In this document: one piece after another, positions 27,197-38,269 of the stretch
How the letters are laid out: each line of letters opens with the position of its first letter
Position numbering within the stretch: position 1 is the stretch's first letter
Source: Raja brachyura
Lineage: Eukaryota
Assembly: GCA_963514005.1 (NCBI GenBank)
Contig: OY740798.1
Coordinates: forward strand, 20,584,001-20,648,000
Reading direction: 5' to 3'
Length of the DNA stretch: 64,000 bases
The notes under the pieces: model-generated
Seen by the model: only the letters and a program-made list of their open reading frames with translations
Databases searched by the model: none
What the model was told of the DNA's origin: nothing
Made by a program: the position numbers and the translations under genes

Positions 27197-27326
27197 CTTT
27201 TTTAAGATGTATAAATGAGTCTAGAAATTCCTCATATGTTTGTTCATGGCTCCTGCAGAACCTGTCTAAAACATCACAGGTTAATTCTTCCTTCTCCATT
27301 GTTTGTGATCCTGACAACAATGGCAT
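27197..27326 (-). CDS. IFTAP: IFTAP coding exon 1 (exon begins 27341, ATG at 27326)
   Basis: Acceptor tttttccatttcag, donor AAG|gtaagc. Translates MPLLSGSQTMEKEELTCDVLDRFCRSHEQTYEEFLDSFIHLKK, matching the IFTAP N-terminal motif DVLDKF..CHEQTY.EEFL..F.HL. Confidence 0.92.
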
Positions 27327-28344
27327 GTCTGATGCATTATCCTGAAATGGAAAAAAGTATAGTTAGAGATATAGCATTCAATAATTTCAAACAAAAAATC
27401 AAATTCATTTTATGTAAGTGTAAGGTGAAGGGCTCAATCAATTCTCATCCTATTATTTCTAAACATTGATAATTCAGGAATTATGGAGAAACATATTTAT
27501 ACTAAAGTATAGAAATTAAATAAAACTAGTGGTAAATAAAAAAAGTATGAACAATTGATAAACCCTTATCTTTAGAGAGCATGAATGAAAGGGAAATAAT
27601 TTATGTGACTGTTTTCTGAAAGTATAGATAGAATCAGATTTAGAGTATCCAGTTAAGTTTGAGACACTGTTTCTCAGGAAGGATATATTGAGCTATGTTG
27701 GTCTTTAGTGAGTTAAAGGGGAGAGGAAACACAATGGTGGTGCATACAGACTTACCAGAATGATATAGGGATGAAAACAGGTGGCACCACTGAAGCTTAT
27801 CTTCTTTGACTAAAGATTAGAGGTGATTGATGTGCCTGAGATAAGTAAAGATGTGCTGTGTTTTCTCCTATGGGGAAAGTCCAAAACACTGGCATAACTT
27901 TACAAATAGAGATGTGGCATTCAAAACCGATGGCTGGAAAATGTCAATAAAAGAAGAGGCCCATACACTTTCATGGACCTGCTTCTTCAATCGATAAGAC
28001 CATGGTCGAACATTTACCTCAACTTCACTTTCCCACCTTGCCACCAAGACGCTACTAACTCTAGCTAAATTGGAACTTTCAAAGTTGAGAAAATTAGATT
28101 TAGATGTTAAATAAGGTATTACAGGTAACAGATTGATGCCACTGAAATAAAGATATAGTTCATCCATGATCAAGCTGAATGCAGCAGCAAGCTCCACGGT
28201 TTATATCAGGCAGAGTTTCATCCATGAAATAATACTTCCAATAATATAGCACTCTCTAAATAGCACTTCCAGACTTGTGTCACGTTAAACCTTAGTTCCA
28301 TTGTTTAAAGACTTAAATGTACCACCAACTAAACAAAGCAAAAA

Positions 28345-31278
28345 TCAAGTCAAGTCAAGTCAGGTTTATTTGTCACATACACATACAAGATGTGCAGTGA
28401 AATGAAAGTGCCAAAGCCTGCAGATTGTGCAAAAAACTACAGAACAGAATCAGTATTACATATTAGAAAGAAACCCAGCAATTTTTAAGAAGACACAACA
28501 TAACAGTAAATTGGTACAGTAAATTAGTCCCTGGTGAGATAAGAGTTTACAGTTCTAATGGCTTGTGGGAAGAAACTCGGTCTCATCCTCTCTGTTTTCA
28601 CAGCATGACAGCGGAGGCGTTCGCCTGACCGTAGCAGCTAGAACAGACCGTTCCTGGGGTGGTAGGGATCCCCCATAATGTTGCTGGCTCTGGATCTGCA
28701 CCTCTGATGTATAGGTCCTGCAGGGGGGCGAGTGCAGTTCCCATAGTGCGTTCGGCCGAACGCACTACTTTCTGCAAAGCCTTCTTGTCCTGGGCAGAGC
28801 AGTTCCCAAACCAGATTGTGATGTTGCCAGACAAGATGCTTTCTACAGCCTCTGAGTAGAAGCACTGAAGGATCCTCAGAGAGAATCAGAATTTCCTCAG
28901 CTGCGTGAGGTGGTAAAGGTGCTGCCTTGCCTTACTCACCAGTGCGGCAGCGTGTAATGTCCATGTCAGATCCTCTGTGATGTGGTCTCCCAAGTATTTA
29001 AAGCTGCTCACCCAGTCCACAGTAGCCCCATTTATCTTCAGTGGCGTACACGTCCTCGGATGTTGTACCTTCCTAAAGTCCATGATCAGCTCCTTCGTTT
29101 TTTTGACATACAAGAGGAGGCTGTTGTCCTGACACCAGAGTGCCAGATTAGCCACCTCTTCCCGTTAGGCGATCTCATTATTATCGGAGATCAGGCCCAC
29201 CACCACAGTGTTGTCAACAAACTTGATTATAGAGTCGGAGCTGAACCTGGACACACAGTCAGGTGTGTACAGGGAGTACAGTAGGGGACTGAGGATGCAA
29301 CCCTGGTGGGATCCTGTGTTCAGGGTGAGGGTCTTCAATGTATTTCCTCCCATCTTGAATACCTGGGGCCTAGCGGTGATGAAGTCCAGGACCCAGGCAC
29401 ACAAAGGATGTTAAGCCCCAATTCCAGCAGCTTCTCAGCAAGTCTGGTGGGGACTATCGTGTTCAAGGCTAAACTGTAGTCAATGAACAGCATCCTCACA
29501 TAGCCCCCCTTCTGGCTGTCAAGGTGAGAGAGAGCGGTATGCAGGACCTGGGAGACCGCATCGTCCGTGGATCTGTTCGGACGCTATGCGAACTGTAGCG
29601 GGTCCATGTTGTGAGGGAGGAAGGCGCAGATGTGGTTCGTGACCAGCCTCTCAAAGCATTTCATGACTACCGAGGTGAGGGCCACCAGTCGATGGTCATT
29701 CAAATAAGCGGGAGAGGCATTCTTTGGTAGAGGTACAATGATGGATCTTTTGAAGCAGGCAGGGACCACGGACTTGGCCAGGGAGAGGTTAAATATTGTA
29801 GTGAGCACTGGGCCTACAGCTTTCCTCCTGTTCACACATGTCAGAGCCCTCCTCACGTCGTGCTCGGACAAAGAGAATGTGTGCCCATCCCCAGCGGAGA
29901 ATCTCCCTCCAGCCTTGCTAGCAAACGCGCTGGCAGTGTTGTTGTTAGCAGGCGATCTATGGGTGATGTTGCCCGTCTCGAAACGTGCGTAGAAAGAGTT
30001 CAGGTCATCAGCTAGGGAGGTGCCAGCACTTCCTGTAGGGGGGGGGGGGCTGCTCCGGTAGTTAGTTATAGTCCGTAGCCCCTGCCAAAGGCGTCTGGTG
30101 ACCTGCTGCTCCATCTGCGACTCCATCCTGTCCCTGTACCTCCTTTTTGCGTCCTTCACCGCCCTTCGCAGTGACGTCCGTGACGGCTTACGCAAACTCA
30201 CTGATGTCCCTGGAACTTGCTTGGAACATATTCCAGTCGACATCGGTGGTCAGACCACCGCTTTATGTCCCTCGTCACTGCTGCTTTCCGTACTATCCGT
30301 TGTTTATACTCCGGCAGCAGGAAAATTGCAGTGTGGTCAGATTTTCCAAAAGGAGGGAGTAAAACGGCCTTGTAGCCTTTCCTGAACGGCGTCTAGCAAT
30401 GGTCCAAAGTTTTTACCCCCTGGTGGCACATGTGATATGTTGGCAGAAGTTAGGCATGACCTTTTTGAGATTTGATTTATTAAAATCTCCAGCCACCACC
30501 ATAGCCGCATCCGGGTTCTTGTTTTGGTGTCGACATAGCACATCGTGTAGGGCCAATAGTGCCACTTCTGTGTCCGCATGCGGTGGAATGTAGACGGCAG
30601 TGATGATCACTGAGCTGAACTCACGGGGTAGGTAGAATGGATGGCATGAGATCGTCAGGTGCTCCAGGTCTGGCAAGCAGGAACGAGAAAGCGTCTTAAT
30701 ATTTCCAGGGTTGCACCAGTTATTATTGGTCATGAAGCAGACTCCTCCACCCTTGGATTTCCCAGATTCTTCAGTTCTGTCAGCACAATAAACAGTGGTG
30801 GACAGATTATCTGATCCGGTACCAGCGAGGACAGCCATGTCTCGGTCAGACAGAGGATGTTACAGTGCGTTATGTCCCGCTGGAATCTAATCCTCGCCCT
30901 GAGGTCATCCAGCTTGTTCTCCAGGAACTGGACATTCGCCAGAAGAATGCTGGCGCTCAGCCTACTCCGAGAATCCCCCCCCCCCCCCCCGCTTGCCCCG
31001 ATGTTTTCTCCGGGTTTTTTTAGGAGGCGCACTCTCATTGTTGTTGCCGCGGTGCGCTCTGTTGATCTCTGCCGGTCACGCTGGATCGGTGAGTACAATG
31101 TTTAAAAAGTCTCCAGTTACGCTAAAGTTTTGTTTTACAAGAGTTTCCCAGTCGTACGTTGTTAGTGCTAGAGTGTTAGTACTTAAGAAATAAATTTAAA
31201 ACGAACACGCAAGTTAAAAATGCGCACAGTTTCCGCGGAGCTACAACGACGGCAACTGGACCTGGCCGCGCCATCTTT
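28345..31278 (-). mobile_element. Near full-length Rex1/Babar-clade LINE (APE endonuclease + RT), inactivated
   Basis: LLANVQ.LENKLDDL...CLTETWL, AVYIPP, AGDFN, RPVALTS-like, QGCILSPLLYSLYT, KFVDNT and WFGNCS motifs. 5' end caaagatggcg, 3' (TTGAC)n tail at 28345-28363. Confidence 0.9.
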
Positions 31279-31434
31279 GGAATTTGCACAGACCTCGAGT
31301 AACCCATTCATTAACAACTCAGTCTGAAGAAGATTCTCACCCTGAAACGTCACCAATTCCTTCTCTCCAGAGATGCTGCCTGGCCCGCTGAGTTACTCCA
31401 GCATTTTCTGTCCATCTATTGACTAGATATTCTT

Positions 31435-31924
31435 TCATAGAAACATAGAAACATAGAAAAATAGGTGCAGGAGTAGGCCATTCGGCCCTTCGAGCCTGCA
31501 CCGCCATTCAATATGATCATGGCTGATCATCCAACTCAGTATCCCGTACCTGCCTTCTCTCCATACCCCTGATCCCTTTAGCCACAAGTGCCACATCTAA
31601 CGCCCTCTTAAATATAGCCAATGAACTGGCCTCAACTACCTTCTGTGGCAGAGAATTCCAGAGACTCACCACTCTCTGTGTAAAGAATGTTTTCCTCATC
31701 TCGGTCCTAAAGGAATTCCCCCTTATCCTTAGACTGTGACCCCTTGTTCTGGACTCCCCCAACATCGGGAACAATCTTCCAGCATCTAGCTTGTCCAACC
31801 CCTTAAGAATTTTGTAAGTTTCTATAAGATCCCCCCTCAATCTTCTAAATTCCAGCGAGTACAAGCCGAGTCTATCCAATCTTTCCTCATATGAAAGTCC
31901 TGACATCCCAGGAATCAGTCTGGT
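31435..31924 (-). mobile_element. CR1 LINE 3' end
   Basis: GLSYEERLDRLGLYSLEFRRLRGDLIETYKI...TRGHSLRI...FTQRVV.LWNSLP, with a (CTATGTTT)n tail. Confidence 0.92.
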
Positions 31925-32097
31925 AATTCAGTCAAATCATAATCACTGAGTGGGAACTATTCCGAACATAACTGATTGTTTGATATCATAATGTGACATT
32001 ACACAAACAGGATAGTAAAGGAGTAAACAAATTCATGATCAATTTGAATAATTTGTACATTAGATATACAGAGGATAATGTCCGAGAAGTTATCCTC

Positions 32098-32410
32098 AGG
32101 GTGGCACAATGACATAGCTGTTAGAGCTGCTGCCTCACAGCACCAAAGACCCGGGTTCAAACGTGACCTCGAGTGCTGTCGGTGTGGAATTTGCACGTTC
32201 TCCCTATGACCGCCTACATTTCCTCTGGGTGCTCGGGTTTCTTCCAACATCCCAAAGACATGTGGGTTTGAACGTTAATTGGTTTCCGTATATTGCCCCA
32301 AATGTGTAGGGAGTGGATAAGAAGGGGGTCAAAGGGGAACAATGGCTAGGGTGGACATGAGAGGCCGAATGGCCTGTTTCCATGCTGTATCTCTAAATTA
32401 AGCTAAATAA
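32098..32410 (+). mobile_element. tRNA-derived V-SINE (HE1-like)
   Basis: A-box-like tggcacaatg and B-box ggttcaaac, V-domain gtgtggaatttgcacgttctccc, and a CR1-like 3' end. Confidence 0.8.
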
Positions 32411-33349
32411 AAGAACTAATTTACAAAAATTGCTACAGATGAAAAGTAAAAACATATGAACCAGGAGTAGGAATAAGCCAAATGCCTCCTGAAGCCTTCA
32501 CCTTCAATATGATCATGGTTGATCCAAGCTTGACCCCCACACCACTTAACCTTGCTCCCCAAACTCCTCAGCGTCCTTAGGATTCAAGTGTCCGTCAGAC
32601 TCTGCCTTGAATATATTCAATGACTGGATATATAGCTCCCTGGGGTCCAGAATTTCAAAGATTCACTAAACTTATAGAAGAAGTTCCTCCGCATCTCCTT
32701 CATAAATGAGTATCCCCTTATCTCAAATTGGACTCCCCAGTTCCTGATATCTGTGCTAAAAGAAACCTATCTAGCATTCATCTATTAATTCCCTTCAAAT
32801 ATCTTGTGGTTCAATAAGTTCACTAATCATTCTTCTAAATTACAATAAGCATAGGCACAACCTGCTTAACTTATCTACATAGGTCGACTCCATAATTCCA
32901 GAGATTAACCTAGTGACATTTTCTATAAAGCTTCCAATGCATGTATAGTTTTTTTTTAATAAAGATATTAAATGTATATGCAATGATCTAGCTACAGTGT
33001 GAAGTACCAGAGTTGCAAGGTAGCAGCAAAAGATCGATTTTACTTCGGAGTCACGTGAGTGACTACGTGAAGAAGCCCCGCCAGGCGCATGCTCAGCATT
33101 ACGTCGACGCATGTCGGTAGGAACGGGCTGCAGATCGCAGCTCCACCAGCGGTGAGTAACAGGCCCGCAGGTAAGTGGTTTTAAAAAACGACCTCCTGGG
33201 TATTTAAGGTCCATGACGCTCGCTGGCTAGCCAGGAGGAGTTTGGGAGGCCACTGAGGACACTTCAGTGGGCAGGAAAAGTAAGAGGAAGTCTGTCAGGG
33301 CCGTTATATCAGACGAGTCTGATGAAGAAGATTCTCCTTCAGAAAGGCC

Positions 33350-34372
33350 ATGTGCCTAAGGATGGAGCAAATGGAGAAAATGCTCCAAATCCTGATCAAC
33401 CAAGGGTCCAAAGACCCAGAATATTCCCAGGCAGCCCCTGAGGTGGTTCCATATCAAGAATATGGTGCCTATACAACATGGGAATGTGAACCTCCAGGTC
33501 ATGAAGAAGTCTCCTTTGAGCAAGTCTCAGGAGTACCAGGGCTGCAAGAGACTGACTTTGAAGGTGGTGTTTTTGGTCTTGAATACCCACCACAGCACAA
33601 GAGTAAAACTCCAGGTGTACCTGATGTAGCACAATCCTTTGCTATACCAGAAGGGAGCGGTGAGGCCATGGAAGAAAACCTGACGGCCAACATAAACTAT
33701 TTGGTTTCACACCAGCTTCAAGAGACTGTCATGGTTGAGACAGTACACCTTTATAAAACACCTGTGAATTGTGCATCACTCAGGGTGCCGATGGTGAATC
33801 CAGCAATTTGGACACCCATGAGTTCAACGATGCGAGGACAGGTAATACGTTTCCAGCAGGTCCTCAAGCTTATTGCGGCTGGCATCACTACTTTTGGGAA
33901 GCAGGTAGAAGGGTGTGCAATGTCTAAACTACAAAAAGACATGTTGGCATTGTTTTGCAATTCTTATTTTGAGATCAATTGTATGAGGAAAATCGCCATT
34001 AGGCCCATACTGCACCCTAGATTTGCAGGTCTGTGCAAATCAAGTAATGTTCAAGCTCCCGCTTATTTATTCGGAGAGAACCTGCCTAAGCAAATTAAAG
34101 AAATTGATGAGGAGGCAAAGACTATCAACCTCATGAAACCTTTCATGTATGGCCAAAGAACTGGCTGGATGAGAAGGGGGTTTGATTCAGGAGCGGGAAC
34201 AAGCAGAGGCAGGGGTACGGTGAGAAGGTATTATTACCCATCACAGCCCAATGTCCACCCATATGTTGGAAGGAGGAGACCGTCACAGTCATTTGCTGAG
34301 GTACAAAAACTTTATTCCATCACAGAGAAAACTTTTGGGGAACCTCCGGTTGGTGGTAGAAATGTTTTATGA
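33350..34372 (+). CDS. DIRS1 gag-like ORF1
   Basis: 340-aa ORF overlapping the RT ORF, with TPVNCASLRVPMVNPAIW and RKIAIRPILHPRFAGLC...LFGENL motifs. Confidence 0.7.
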   Translation: MCLRMEQMEKMLQILINQGSKDPEYSQAAPEVVPYQEYGAYTTWECEPPGHEEVSFEQVSGVPGLQETDFEGGVFGLEYPPQHKSKTPGVPDVAQSFAIPEGSGEAMEENLTANINYLVSHQLQETVMVETVHLYKTPVNCASLRVPMVNPAIWTPMSSTMRGQVIRFQQVLKLIAAGITTFGKQVEGCAMSKLQKDMLALFCNSYFEINCMRKIAIRPILHPRFAGLCKSSNVQAPAYLFGENLPKQIKEIDEEAKTINLMKPFMYGQRTGWMRRGFDSGAGTSRGRGTVRRYYYPSQPNVHPYVGRRRPSQSFAEVQKLYSITEKTFGEPPVGGRNVL

Positions 34373-35585
34373 TGAATGGTGCTGTATAACATCTGATCGG
34401 TTGATATTAGATACTGTGTCAGGTTCTATAATAGAATTTATGGAAGGAGTTGATCCACCTGTACAGAATAAACCTAATCGGGTTTTAGTGTTTTCTGCAC
34501 CTGAAAATTCTCAGATAAAAGAAGAAGTAAAAAATGTATTTGAAAAAGGAGTAATTGAAAGTACGGGGAATCATCCGCAACAATTTGTGTCAAATATTTT
34601 CCCCAGGCCAAAGAAAGATGGGGGTTGTAGAGTAATTCTGGATCTCACAAAATTGAATTCATATGTCCAGTATAGACATTTCAAAATGGACACCTTCAAC
34701 ACTGCAAAGCAGTTGTTGTCCATAGGGTGTTACATGGCTACTATAGACTTAAAATATGCATATTATTCAGTGCCAATTCATCACCATTATCGCAGGTACT
34801 TGAAGATTATTTGGATGAGTCAGCTGTGGCAATATAAAGCATTACCTAATGGGTTAAGTTCAGCTACCAGGCTGTTCACAAAATTATTGAAACCAGCACT
34901 TGCATTATTAAGGGCTCAAAATCACATTGTCATAGCTTATCTTGATGATATTTTAATTGTTAACGCCACTCAGGAATCAGCTGAAGAATCCGTTTCAGCA
35001 ACTATAAGCCTGTTTGAAAGGCTAGGGTTTCTGATCCATCCAACGAAATCAAAGCTACAGCCATCCCAAACAATTGATTATTTGGGGTTTGTCATTAATT
35101 CAGTTGCTATGTCAGTAACTTTGCCAACAGATAAAGTTATGGATATTACAAATGCGTGTAGTTGCCTTGCTGACAAACCTTATCCCTCCATCCGAGAAGT
35201 AGCTAGGGTTATTGGTAAGATAGTAGCAGCATTCCATGCTGTTGAGTTTGGTCCTCTGCATTATCAAAATCTTCAAAGGGCAAGAGCACAAGCACTAAAA
35301 GAACATGCAGGTCGTTTTGATAGGTCCATGCAGTTGCTAACGGAAGCGTTAGCTGAATTACAGTGGTGGATTGGGAATGTTGCACAAGCTGCTAAAAACA
35401 TTTTAGTTCAGCAACGTTCAGTGGTATTGCAAACTGATGTGAGTGCTCGCGGATGGGGGGCTACGGACAATAACACCAGCTGTGGTGGTAGATGGACTGT
35501 CCAAGAGGATTTAATTCTCCAAACATATGGTATCAATTATTTGCAGTTATTGGGGGCATTTTTTGGATTGAAAGCTCTACAATGA
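34251..35585 (+). CDS. DIRS1 reverse transcriptase / RNase H (truncated by a stop; continues degenerate)
   Basis: PKKDGGCRVILDL, HFKMDT, IDLKYAY, LPNGLSSA, YLDD, and RNase H start LQTDVSARGWG. Confidence 0.85.
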   Translation: MSTHMLEGGDRHSHLLRYKNFIPSQRKLLGNLRLVVEMFYDEWCCITSDRLILDTVSGSIIEFMEGVDPPVQNKPNRVLVFSAPENSQIKEEVKNVFEKGVIESTGNHPQQFVSNIFPRPKKDGGCRVILDLTKLNSYVQYRHFKMDTFNTAKQLLSIGCYMATIDLKYAYYSVPIHHHYRRYLKIIWMSQLWQYKALPNGLSSATRLFTKLLKPALALLRAQNHIVIAYLDDILIVNATQESAEESVSATISLFERLGFLIHPTKSKLQPSQTIDYLGFVINSVAMSVTLPTDKVMDITNACSCLADKPYPSIREVARVIGKIVAAFHAVEFGPLHYQNLQRARAQALKEHAGRFDRSMQLLTEALAELQWWIGNVAQAAKNILVQQRSVVLQTDVSARGWGATDNNTSCGGRWTVQEDLILQTYGINYLQLLGAFFGLKALQ

Positions 35586-35780
35586 AGGACTTGCATGTTC
35601 AATTACAAGTAGACAATACCACAGCTGTAGCATATATCAATCACATGGGTGGAATATGATCAGTATTATGTGATTATCTGGTCAACCTCATGTGGCATTG
35701 GTGTGCATCTAGGAATATCTGGCTTTCAGCTATCTATTTCCCAGGGAAAGACACGAAAGTTCAAAGACAATACAGAATGA

Positions 35781-36191
35781 ATGTTAAATCCACGAGTTTT
35801 CAAAAAGATTGTCAGTCGGTATGGGTTACCAGACATTGATCTGTTTGCGTCCAGATTAAATCACCAGTTCCCTAAATTAGTCTCATGGGAGCCTGACCCA
35901 GGAGCAGTAGCATTAAATGCATTCTCGCTACATTGGGGAAATATGTTCTTCTATGCTTTTCCCCCATTCTGCTTGATTAGGCAATGTCTCACCAAAATAG
36001 AGCAAGACTCCGCCACGGGCGTTTTGGTGGTTCCAAACTGGCCTACACAGCCATGGTTCCCATTGATGCTTAGAATGATTATTGAACCATTTATGACGAT
36101 TCCCAGCTCTAGGGATTTGTTGGTACAACCAGTGACAGAAGAAATTCATCCATTGCATGATCATATTAATTTGTTAATCTGCAGGTTCTGA
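35781..36191 (+). pseudogene. DIRS1 adenine methyltransferase-like domain fragment
   Basis: PDIDLFASRLN...AFSLHW...YAFPPF...VVPNWPTQPWFP, the domain found C-terminal of RNase H in DIRS1 elements. Confidence 0.75.
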
Positions 36192-36229
36192 CCAGACCAC
36201 TACAAGGGCTTGGACTGTCGGATAGGACC

Positions 36230-37160
36230 ATGGATGTCATAACTGCAGCTTGGAGAAATAGCACTAAGAAACAATATATGTCTCATATAAAGAAATGGGA
36301 AGCTTTTTGTATTCAGTCAAATATATCTTATCATACTGCAAACATATCGGATATATTGGAGTTCCTTGATATGTTGCATTTTGATCAGCACCTCAGTTAT
36401 AGTGCCATTAATAGTGCTCGTAGTGCTTTGTCTTCCTACTTACGACAATTTTCAGAACATCAATCTATCGGGTCTCATCCATTAATATCCCGATTTATGA
36501 GAGGGATTTTTAATCAAAATCCTCCCAAACCCAGATATACAGAAATTTGGGATGTCAGTATAGTTCTTACATTGCTTCGGCAATGGGCTCCAATTACCTC
36601 AGTGTCTTTTCTGAAGTTAACATTTAAAGTGGTAATGCTCATGGCATTAGTGTCAGCACAAAGAGTACAAACATTGCAAATGTTACGTTTAGATTGTATG
36701 CATTTGTCTGCAGATAACATTACTTCTTATGTTTATGATCTAATCAAACAAAGCAGACTGGGGAAGTCTGGAACCAAGATAATCTTTAAAGCATACCCTG
36801 TCGACGAAACATTGTGTGTGGTTAAGCATCTGACTCGATATATTGAAGTAACCAAGAGTCCCCGGGGTTGTGAGACAAGCAATGCTTATTACCCATAAAA
36901 AAACATATAAAAAAGTGTCAGTACAAACTAATTCAAGATGGTTAAAACAGGTTTTGGATTTAGCTGGAGTAGACGCTGATGTGTTTAAATCTCACTCCAC
37001 CAGGGCGGCATCCACATCCGCGGCGAAGACGCAGGACGTGCCGCTCGACCAAATTTTAGAGGCCGCAGGATGGTGTAAAGAAGAAACTTTTTCAAAGTTT
37101 TACAATAAACCTGTTCTCACGGTGCCAGGGTTTGGATGCGCAGTGTTGGGTTCTGTTTGA
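36230..37160 (+). pseudogene. DIRS1 tyrosine recombinase (frameshifted near 36880)
   Basis: SAM-like N-terminus (YSAINSARSALS), ALVSAQR, HSTRAAS, AAGW and TFSKFY catalytic motifs, split over two frames. Confidence 0.85.
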
Positions 37161-37982
37161 TTGTTTGCTTTGTTTTATGTAATGGTTTTATATCTTTTGT
37201 TGTAATCTCCCCCTGGGATAGAGGGGTTATTACTTTTCTTTTTTATTATTATTATTAAAATACTTATTGCATAATTCAAGCAATGTTCAATATATATTAT
37301 TTACTCACTACTGTGTCAACTGAAGCAGTGTGTCGTATGGAATGAATCTACGGCATGAAAATCACAGAGCTTCAAAATCTTCACGTAGTCACTCACGTGA
37401 CTCCGAATTAAAATAGTAAGATTAAACGAGAACTTACCTGTTCGAAGTTTGATCTTTATTCTATGAGGAGTTACGATGAGGGATTACGTGCCCTCTGCTC
37501 CCGACCCTCATAATCTAAACGATCATCTGGTAGTTCTAGTCTTGTGTGAGCCTTACTATCTTACTTCGGCTATTGGTTCTGTGTTTTTCACGCCGCTGCT
37601 TAGAAGTATGCCGAGCATGTGCCTGGCGGGGCTTCCTCACGTAATCCCTCATCGTAACTCCTCATAAAATAAAGATCAAACTTCGAACAGGTAAGTTCTC
37701 GTTTAATCTTACTATTTTCCATTATTCTATGACACAACATATCATTAACCTTCGCAATTACCTCCTGGATGCCTTTGTGTTTCACAGCAAGAACCCCCAG
37801 ATCTCTTTCTATCATGTCATTTTGTAGTCTCAATCTGTTTGTTTTTTAATTTGTTTTCTCATTCTTTCTTCCAAAGTGGATTTTTTCGCAGTTCACAATT
37901 CCCCACATTATATTCCATCTACCAAATTATTGCAGACTCACTTAACCTATATGCATATAGTTGCAAACTCTAATGTTTAATA

Positions 37983-38260
37983 TGCCCCTGTCCCACTTAG
38001 GAAACCTGAACGGAAACTTCTGGAGACTTTGCGCCCCACCCAAGGTTTCCGTGTGGTTCCCGGAGGTTTTTGTCAGTCTCCCTAATGGTCGAAAGTGGTT
38101 TCCTCTTCTTCTATGTTCCGGCGATTATTTCAAAAAATTCAAAATCGGTCGCGACTAAAAATAGGTTGCGGTTTTAAAAATCGGTATTTTTTTAGTCGAA
38201 GCCAGTTGTGATGCTAGTTGTAGGTGGTTGCCGGAGGTTGCAGGTAGTGGAAGGTAAGAC
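37983..38260 (+). mobile_element. Truncated PIF/Harbinger MITE (same family as 15211)
   Basis: Starts GCCCCTGTCCCACTTAGGAAACCTGAAC. No matching right TIR seen. Confidence 0.7.
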
Positions 38261-38269
38261 CTTTTTTTC

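Larger units (their letters stand above)
33038..37718 (+). mobile_element. Structurally complete DIRS1-type tyrosine-recombinase retrotransposon (ORFs disrupted), inserted in an old CR1
   Basis: TTTT termini and inverted terminal repeats (33065-33097 versus 37611-37643). The internal complementary region 37378-37490 is the reverse complement of the joined left and right ends. Contains gag, RT/RNase H, methyltransferase-like and tyrosine recombinase regions. Confidence 0.95.
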
